From: Planctomycetota bacterium
GTDB lineage: Bacteria; Planctomycetota; PLA2; JAEUHO01
Direction of reading: 5' to 3'
Length of the DNA stretch: 64,000 bases
NCBI GenBank assembly: GCA_965222115.1
Contig: CBDCTJ010000007.1
Location: 2,336,001 to 2,400,000 of the forward strand
The number at the start of each line of letters is the position of its first letter. Within the stretch, counting starts at the first letter, position 1. Below the pieces are notes generated by a model, which was not told where the DNA came from, did not search any database, and saw only the letters and a list, made by a program, of their open reading frames with translations. Positions 58,301 to 64,000 of the stretch are shown here, in pieces. A program made the translations under genes and the position numbers.

Positions 58301-59676
58301 CCCCTCGGATACGCGTCATATAGCGATTTGAGAATGTCGCCCGCGCGATCAAGGCGCAGGTCCTGCAACGCGATACGATAGGCGTCCTCTTTCCAGGGAC
58401 GCGGATTGTTATCTTGCGACCACGCGACTCGATAGAAGTCGAGTGCAGCGTCGATATTGCCCGCTGACAACGCCACATGAATCGCTAACTTGATGTGTTC
58501 CTCACTCGGCTGTGCGGCGACCAATCGTCGTGCATGGGCGAGAGCAACAGAAAACTTCACTTGCGCCATGAGGGCGACGACGAGACGCTTGCGCTGCGCG
58601 ATGGTCAGCGCCTCGTCCGGTAAGCGCCGCAGGGCGTCTGCCTCTTCATGGGTTCGTGACAACCAGCCGGCCACGGTTGCGCGCCGCTCCAACAATTTGC
58701 GATCGAGCCTTGCGATACTGACGCCGAGTAACAGAAACGCGCTGTGCTGTTCTTCGTTTTCAATATGTGCCGCGCTCAGACGATCAATGACGCGCCGTGA
58801 CGGACGGGATGCGTAGGCGCGGTGCAGCCAACGAAGCCTCGCGCGCATACGGTTTGCGGCACGAAACTTCGCTGCCATGGCGAGCGAGGCTGCTTCGCGT
58901 TCACTCGCGTCAAGCGTGTCCCATGCGCGCAGAATGGTGGCCGCTGCCCGATCTGCCGGTTCCGGGAGGTTTGTGAGGTCGGGCGACTTCACGGGTGTGT
59001 CGCTTGGCAGGGCAAAGAACTGTTCCGTCCACGTACGCTGAACGGTATCGGCGCTTGCTGCAATCAGTTGCGTAGCGAGCACGTCGGTGGTGAGCGTCCC
59101 GGGTTGTGGGGGCGAAGACACCATGGCTACAAGTTGATCAAGTTGCTTTGACGCGGCGTCACGTTCTTGATTCCACGCATCGGCGGCGGGGTGTTCTGAC
59201 GATACGGTGTCGCGAGGGCGAGTGAGCGCGGACGAGAGCCACGCTCGAATGGTCGCAATAGTCTCCTGTTGGCTCAAAGTCTCGTCAACGCCATCAAGCG
59301 TCTGCAGCGCTTTGCGTACATCACCGGTGGCTTTGGTTTCGGCGATCACTTCCCCGACTCGCTTGCTGAGTATTTCTTCGGGCGATGGCGTGACGGGGTC
59401 TGGCGAGTTCGCGTCGGGATCCTCGGGGAGTGGATCCAATTTTGATGAATTGGAGTCCGTTGAAGTATCGGTCTCGGTGTCTTTGGGATCTACTGTCGTC
59501 GGATCGGAGCCTGCGTCGTCGCTCGTTGGCGGATCGATCGATTCACCGGTATGCGTAACGGGCGCTGGTTCGGGCTCGGTTGGCGGCGTCGTACTGCGCG
59601 TGCTTAAGTAGAGCAGCAAGAGTACGCCCACGCCCAACGTCAAGAAGATCATGGCTTCTTGCCAGGTGAGCCTCAC
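55351..59676 (-). CDS. PelB-like TPR protein with C-terminal beta-barrel
   Basis: 1441 aa; extensive TPR-like helices; C-terminal alternating beta strands ending in W; pel context. Confidence 0.7.
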   Translation of the reverse strand: MRLTWQEAMIFLTLGVGVLLLLYLSTRSTTPPTEPEPAPVTHTGESIDPPTSDDAGSDPTTVDPKDTETDTSTDSNSSKLDPLPEDPDANSPDPVTPSPEEILSKRVGEVIAETKATGDVRKALQTLDGVDETLSQQETIATIRAWLSSALTRPRDTVSSEHPAADAWNQERDAASKQLDQLVAMVSSPPQPGTLTTDVLATQLIAASADTVQRTWTEQFFALPSDTPVKSPDLTNLPEPADRAAATILRAWDTLDASEREAASLAMAAKFRAANRMRARLRWLHRAYASRPSRRVIDRLSAAHIENEEQHSAFLLLGVSIARLDRKLLERRATVAGWLSRTHEEADALRRLPDEALTIAQRKRLVVALMAQVKFSVALAHARRLVAAQPSEEHIKLAIHVALSAGNIDAALDFYRVAWSQDNNPRPWKEDAYRIALQDLRLDRAGDILKSLYDAYPRGTFAGSDSVRYADELLDLYLKTDDRDKLRVLLTKELAVVEDGASKQRLRVRLANLHLASQDVEKASAIYRDTYAAIERADDYLRLADYLSAAKLSSEQAMQNVERLLAHEATTPEQGIDLLYVHRDIVEDDDLESLFDALAKRFPDSEQVRKERLFHLDAKDPKRAAALERARALAENGDEDAIRDWVKRATWTDDSALKIEAREALFRVAPQDVSNMRALASLYGADDRGDEALPLLRALADASGDTSEDAERYVQALLDNESFHEALPLVRKQFRANPSQKDALDRYLYALEGTKAYAEALPYLQTRAHRADANEEDIARYITALEELKRLPEAIALLQARARRPDATRSDFRRLLAALLAAKRNEEMVAVYERLVRHRDATRDDRREYAGALVDAKRVDDAVRVWRTLYEEPDATRTDHIRYAEVLVTADRVAQAVPIYKALLVTQPRDGLVLRRLGEAYGVVGRPRMAIPYLKLRLAIAPHELKEDERRARGQVRYLLGENYWSLRHRTLAKRHFRVALAAQRALSDRSIGEETTLARCLMRLGPEAEGCRRFRELRAKHPDEIAIPLDLVDGLIGNERFSAARRVWREASQLEPENRRLLRQDANLKLHEHRPADAAEVLKRVIRTGPPPAPNFWGEYATALQYSGRVQAASRMYARQLALAPDSNETRRQLRSNLFDTERTATAFSRHRFAADDRTSYTGISATVPLLIDRLRAVVSGTQASTEGIATGTPGNKIGDDFWQLQTDLHYRIHGTTWAMIGADVYDDRVRGPDAGVRASITTTGSLPYWSLSLEGHYDTIMDETGAAPALGGRKRGVRATVHREFDTCYWLHATASFDRFGAHVPGHGLAWDGWASWSVEAGRRLFELPCELSVRLNYSATRHLDDRRLAEVLPLGKRTDFLTAGLRAKRRLAQVVDATAEFYAGFDPHAAGLLWGLEGGLEWQLHRCARVRATFGYGSNSEFQDGDFGHVSIFFDWFW

Positions 59677-61847
59677 GTTGTTCGGACCTCTATCTGCTCA
59701 ACAGGACCCTTGGGGCGGTGTATCGAGACGCGTCCGTCCTCGTCGACGGTCTCCTGCCCATGTTCGATGCCACCAATCAAGACGCTGACCGTTGCACCCG
59801 GAACGAGTCCCGCCACCACAATCAGGCGCGCGAAGGTAGCCTCACTCGTGAACGCGGCCCCATTTGGGAGCAGGCGTACGTCTCGCAACAGATGATTGGA
59901 TTGTTCGATGTAAGGCCTCGATGGCGGCGAATCCCTTAACACAATGCGACCCTTGGATGCACCAAGGCTCACGAAGAGGCGCCCGCGCATTACCCGTTGG
60001 CCGATTACGCCCTCGCTCGCTCCGATGTCTACGTGCTGATCGGCGTGTTCGAAACGAAGGGTGCGGCAGTGGTCAAATCCCTTGAACGTCCAGCCCGTGG
60101 ATGTTCGGGCCAGCGCCGCGTTGCGTGCAGCGATCACGGCTTTCGCGTAGTCCGACGCGCGCACAACGATGGTCTCTTCCACGAAAGCAAAGCGCCGAAT
60201 GAGGCGCTTGAGTGCGTCCATACGCGCCTTGCGTTCAACGCTGTAGAAGTGCGCATAAATGTTGGCGGGCTTGAGAATCCGGTCGCGTGCGGTCGCGGTG
60301 AGGGTCTTGGCGATATGGAAAAATGCCCCTGGATTGGTTGAGAAAAATCCAGGAAAATGGTTCTCGTTTGCGGCACCTACATAGACCTGCACGGCCTTGC
60401 CTCGCACACGCGCCCACGGTGACACGTAGCCCAGCGAGTTGTAGGCCGGGTCCACGCGAAAGCCACCCCCGTTGAGATTCCACCGCCCCAGTCGATCGGC
60501 GGCAAGGATGGCCGCTTCGGGTGGCTCACAGTCTCCGGACCACAGCAAGCCCTCGCAACGTTTGCCTGGTGCAAGCAAGTACTTTTCGATAAACGCGATC
60601 GATTCCGTGACCTCACTTACGTACGTGCGATCGAAACCTTTGGGCGGATCGAATCCGTATTCCGTGTTCGCTTTGCCGTGGTGTTCGCCATGCGGCGTGG
60701 TTCCGCGTGCATCGTGTTGCGCATCGGGTTTATGCCACACGAATGGGTGTGTCACGGTGTGGGATGCGGCCTCGACTTCGGGTCTCGTCAATAGGCGCTT
60801 GGCAATGCGCATGGTCTTGGTGCTGGTGGGGGGCGTCATCGTGTCTGTGAGACTGGCCACAATGACACTTAGCGTTTGAGGGATCTGAAACGTGTCGCAG
60901 ATCTCTTGTTCCCACACGAGACCGCAGCACTCGTCGGGCTTTCCTCGCGCTGTTGATATCGACTCAAAGCCGTCGCCGTCCACGTGGAGGAAAAACTTGC
61001 GCCTTCCTAATCGAACACTTGGATCGGGGGCAGGCACATCGTCGAGGGCGAGCGCCTCTTGAAAAAACGTGAAGAGGTTGAGAAAGAGCCGACGATCGTT
61101 TCGATCTCCACCAATTTTGCAAATCCACGGCGCGAGGGCGATGCCGCCCCACGGTCCAGTCACCACCGGCATGCGCACATCTTCCGGTCGTTTCCGATCC
61201 TGCGTTCGTAGCCATACGCGATTGTCCGCTCCGACGCTTGTGGGCCCCTGCAATGTCACCAAGTGACTCGGATTGCCTTCAACGGTGTGTAGACCTCGTT
61301 CCGTAAATGCAACCGATACCCGTGCCAGCCCCGCAGCGTAGCCTGAACGATGCTTGAGTCCCATGTGTTTGAGATGCGCGTTTAGCGCTGCCCATTCGGC
61401 GGCGTCCGGAGGTACGTCCAACAGCGGTTCAAGTTGTTGGAGGTGAAGGATCTTCAGTTGGCGTTTGCGCACTTGAGCGAGCCATGGCCAGAGTGATTTG
61501 GGCACAGGCTTATCGCCGTCAAACCATGTAACAACGCCGCGAACCTCGTCGAGCCAGGATTCCGGTGGGAGTCCCTTGTCAATATTCCAAAGTCGAATGG
61601 TGATACCGAGATAGTTGAGCGGCATCTCAATGATCTGAGCCGCGTTGCAATAGATCTCGTTGTGCCGCACCGTGGGATTGAAACGCGTGAGTACGATCAC
61701 TTCGCGCTTGAGTGGCGTAGCCTTAGCTCCTGCGTCATCAGGCTCTGAAGGGATTGCCGATGCCTTGGTGGCGACCCCACCGAGCGCCACTGCAAAGACA
61801 AGTGCCGATGCACCGATCACCTGATAGGTCATGCGCCGCGACTTCAA
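59673..61847 (-). CDS. PelA-like protein (deacetylase region)
   Basis: EMPLNYLG, PAPD....GRR.FFLHVDGDGF, EAASHTVTHPF.W, LWSGDC and P.NIYAHFYS motifs. Confidence 0.8.
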   Translation of the reverse strand: MKSRRMTYQVIGASALVFAVALGGVATKASAIPSEPDDAGAKATPLKREVIVLTRFNPTVRHNEIYCNAAQIIEMPLNYLGITIRLWNIDKGLPPESWLDEVRGVVTWFDGDKPVPKSLWPWLAQVRKRQLKILHLQQLEPLLDVPPDAAEWAALNAHLKHMGLKHRSGYAAGLARVSVAFTERGLHTVEGNPSHLVTLQGPTSVGADNRVWLRTQDRKRPEDVRMPVVTGPWGGIALAPWICKIGGDRNDRRLFLNLFTFFQEALALDDVPAPDPSVRLGRRKFFLHVDGDGFESISTARGKPDECCGLVWEQEICDTFQIPQTLSVIVASLTDTMTPPTSTKTMRIAKRLLTRPEVEAASHTVTHPFVWHKPDAQHDARGTTPHGEHHGKANTEYGFDPPKGFDRTYVSEVTESIAFIEKYLLAPGKRCEGLLWSGDCEPPEAAILAADRLGRWNLNGGGFRVDPAYNSLGYVSPWARVRGKAVQVYVGAANENHFPGFFSTNPGAFFHIAKTLTATARDRILKPANIYAHFYSVERKARMDALKRLIRRFAFVEETIVVRASDYAKAVIAARNAALARTSTGWTFKGFDHCRTLRFEHADQHVDIGASEGVIGQRVMRGRLFVSLGASKGRIVLRDSPPSRPYIEQSNHLLRDVRLLPNGAAFTSEATFARLIVVAGLVPGATVSVLIGGIEHGQETVDEDGRVSIHRPKGPVEQIEVRTT

Positions 61848-61989
61848 CGCCCGTCGCCCTCCGTCTGTGCCCGTCCCGCCGGCAGTCGGATTTCGCCTGC
61901 ACGCGGCGTTCTACGCAACCCCCGTAGAACGAAGGCGAATGGTAGTGCCTTCCAGATATGGGCAGGGATGACAAATGGGGTGTGGCGAG

Positions 61990-62382
61990 CTACGCCGAAG
62001 CGTTTTGGATGAGTTTCGCCATTGCGGAAAGGTCTTCATGCTTCGACGGTGTGCCTGCGGGTGGGGGAAAGTCCTCGATGCCATCCGTGGGAATGAGGTG
62101 AATGTGTACGTGGGGCACTTCGTAGCCCACCACCATCACAACGACGCGGGCCGCATTTGTAGCGCGTTTGACTAGTCCTTGCACGCGTCGCGCAGCCTCC
62201 CAGAGCCGGGCATAGGCGGTCGGCTCCATGTCGAAGAGGTATTCCGTCTCTTGCTTTGGAATCACCAGTGTGTGGCCCGGCCGAATAGGTCGAATATCGA
62301 GGAACGCTAAGTGATCATCGTCTTCGTAGACGCGATGACAAGGGATCTCACCGCGCACGATCTTTGTAAACAGACTCGCCAT
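61990..62382 (-). CDS. HIT family hydrolase
   Basis: FTKIVRGEIP, AFLDIRP..PGHTLVIPK and VPHVHIHLIP motifs. Confidence 0.95.
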   Translation of the reverse strand: MASLFTKIVRGEIPCHRVYEDDDHLAFLDIRPIRPGHTLVIPKQETEYLFDMEPTAYARLWEAARRVQGLVKRATNAARVVVMVVGYEVPHVHIHLIPTDGIEDFPPPAGTPSKHEDLSAMAKLIQNASA

Positions 62383-62432
62383 CGCCGGACCGTACCAGCA
62401 TGCGCGGTCGTTGCCATTGCGGGGCGAAGTCC

Positions 62433-62891
62433 CTACGTACTCAGCGGCGCGTTGCCATCGGGCGATGTGGGGGCGTGCAAACTGGGGTGCGAGATGGGGG
62501 TGCGGTCGCTAAAGCCCTTGTCGGCGGGATGCCACCAGCACACACGGTCTTCGCCGAGCCGCCATGAGAGGTAGGCCGGTTCCCCATCGATCAATGTGGG
62601 GAAGTCAACGAGGCCCAATTCCAAGTCTCGCACTTCAAGTCCGAGTTCTGCCAACTCGTGAAGGTAGCCTTCGATGCGATCGGAATACATGGTGACTTCT
62701 TCGCGAAGCTCTTCAATGCGATCGCTCGAATCCTCCGTGGCATCGAGTGCCATTTCCAAGGCGCGGCGCTCGCGTCCCGCGGCGCGCAAATGGCGAAAGT
62801 CATCCACGATGTCGCAAACAATGGAGCGAACCAGTGGCAAAACTTGGTGCGATTCGTCGATCGTGAAAAGTGTGCGTACGGCCGTAGGCAT
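62433..62891 (-). CDS. DUF2203 family protein
   Basis: FT..E....LPLV and G..VRDLELGLVDFP......YLSWRLGE..V.WWH....GF..R.PI motifs. Confidence 0.88.
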   Translation of the reverse strand: MPTAVRTLFTIDESHQVLPLVRSIVCDIVDDFRHLRAAGRERRALEMALDATEDSSDRIEELREEVTMYSDRIEGYLHELAELGLEVRDLELGLVDFPTLIDGEPAYLSWRLGEDRVCWWHPADKGFSDRTPISHPSLHAPTSPDGNAPLST

Positions 62892-63110
62892 CCGTCCCTC
62901 CCTCATGCCTCCGCCCAAGCAGGCGCCGGCCCAAGCGGCACCAGCCCGTCCCTCCACGAGCTGGCGCCGCCGTCTACGCAAGGGAATCGGCTCCCGTGCC
63001 CGTCTTCTTGGTCCAGCGCCCGGTTATTTCGGCTTCACCGATCGTCGCGACGGTTCCGCGCGGTCATCGTCGCGTCACGGTTTGGTCTGAACGATGCAAG
63101 AAGCGGCGTG

Positions 63111-63968
63111 TTAGCCCGTCGAAAGGGTCACTTCGATGTCATCGGAGACCAAGTCGCGCAGCATGCCACGCACAATTGCGCGGATGCCGATGGGAGATGC
63201 ATCGGGGCGACTCACGAGGGGGCGCGTTGCAATCTCGACGACTCGATCGCGATGCGCCACAAAGCGAACCTCTTGTCCAAGTGCCCGGGCGTGTGGGACG
63301 GCAATGGCCTTCACGATGCGCGCAATGCCATCACGTTCATCGGTTCGACCGATGCGCATGGGTCGGCGCGACTGCGGCGACCACGTTTCGTGAATAAGCT
63401 GCAAGAGTTCGGGGCGGCAGCTTCGACATCCTCGATAGGCACCCGCTTTGTCGGCGATCGCTTCGGGCGTACGTGCTCCCGCATGTACCGCGGCGCGAAT
63501 GGTCTTATCGCCAATGCCAATGCATCGACACACCAACAGGCCACGGCCATCTGCGTCGCCGGGTCCGTCCTCATCGCTGGCGCCTACCGCCCGACGAATC
63601 GCCTCCACAACCATCGTTGCACCGCGAACGACGGCAGCGGGGAATACGTGATCGTGTTCTGTGCCGCGCAATAATGACAGTAGGTCCTGTGCGCGGATGC
63701 GCACGGCGGCAGAGCTTGGAGCGTGGCGCAAGGAGAACAGCGCGATACTGAGTGGTGCGCGGGCACCTACGCCGCCAACGACGACACCGCCAACTTGCTC
63801 AATGACGCCATCGGGCTCAATGCCGCCTTCAAAATTGAAGGACACGCGTACACCCATGCCACCAATCATGCTGCCGGCTTGTCCAATGGCGTTTGCGTCG
63901 TCGAGATCGCCGAATCCAACGGGATCCACAAGGTGTGAGATATACGGTGCGGGGAGCGAAGCGGCCAC
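63111..63968 (-). CDS. NifU-like multidomain protein with a BFD-like [2Fe-2S] domain
   Basis: IscU-like N-terminus (HL.DP..FG.L.DA...G..GS), VCRC..I....I..A...GA.T...I...GA..GCRSC, and an NfuA-like C-terminus. Confidence 0.65.
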   Translation of the reverse strand: MAASLPAPYISHLVDPVGFGDLDDANAIGQAGSMIGGMGVRVSFNFEGGIEPDGVIEQVGGVVVGGVGARAPLSIALFSLRHAPSSAAVRIRAQDLLSLLRGTEHDHVFPAAVVRGATMVVEAIRRAVGASDEDGPGDADGRGLLVCRCIGIGDKTIRAAVHAGARTPEAIADKAGAYRGCRSCRPELLQLIHETWSPQSRRPMRIGRTDERDGIARIVKAIAVPHARALGQEVRFVAHRDRVVEIATRPLVSRPDASPIGIRAIVRGMLRDLVSDDIEVTLSTG

Positions 63969-64000
63969 CTGAACTAGTTTGCATCCACGGATGACGAGAT

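Noticed and set aside
62658-63674. 338-aa + strand ORF
   Set aside because: Antisense to the DUF2203 and NifU-like genes, with no recognisable motifs.

Overview
A GC-rich bacterial chromosome segment, most likely Planctomycetota (inferred from an ECF-sigma/Ser-Thr kinase pair, a TPR protein with two RNAP alpha-CTD domains, HEAT/vWA proteins and carboxypeptidase-regulatory-domain proteins). It carries housekeeping genes (murA, ffh, rpsP, maf, an S1-domain protein, idi, sixA, pckA, lgt, gcvH/gcvT, folE, tRNA-Leu), a boxC-boxB benzoyl-CoA epoxidation pair and a pel-like exopolysaccharide operon. The most unusual content is a dispersed, same-orientation family of composite repeats: (CCCGT[C/T]A)n-like heptamers, then a ~45-nt hairpin core, then (GTGGAC)n. 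There are five copies at three convergent gene junctions. At two loci, pairs of these units bracket a four-helix-bundle (Avd/IVP-like) gene whose leader hairpin shows a compensatory base change, resembling an undescribed cassette or mobile system. The fifth unit is split at a CT dinucleotide by an IS110/IS1111-type element. That element's downstream non-coding region (likely bridge/seek RNA) contains target- and donor-matching segments and is present as three tandem 323-bp copies. All calls come from reading the sequence; no database searches were run.
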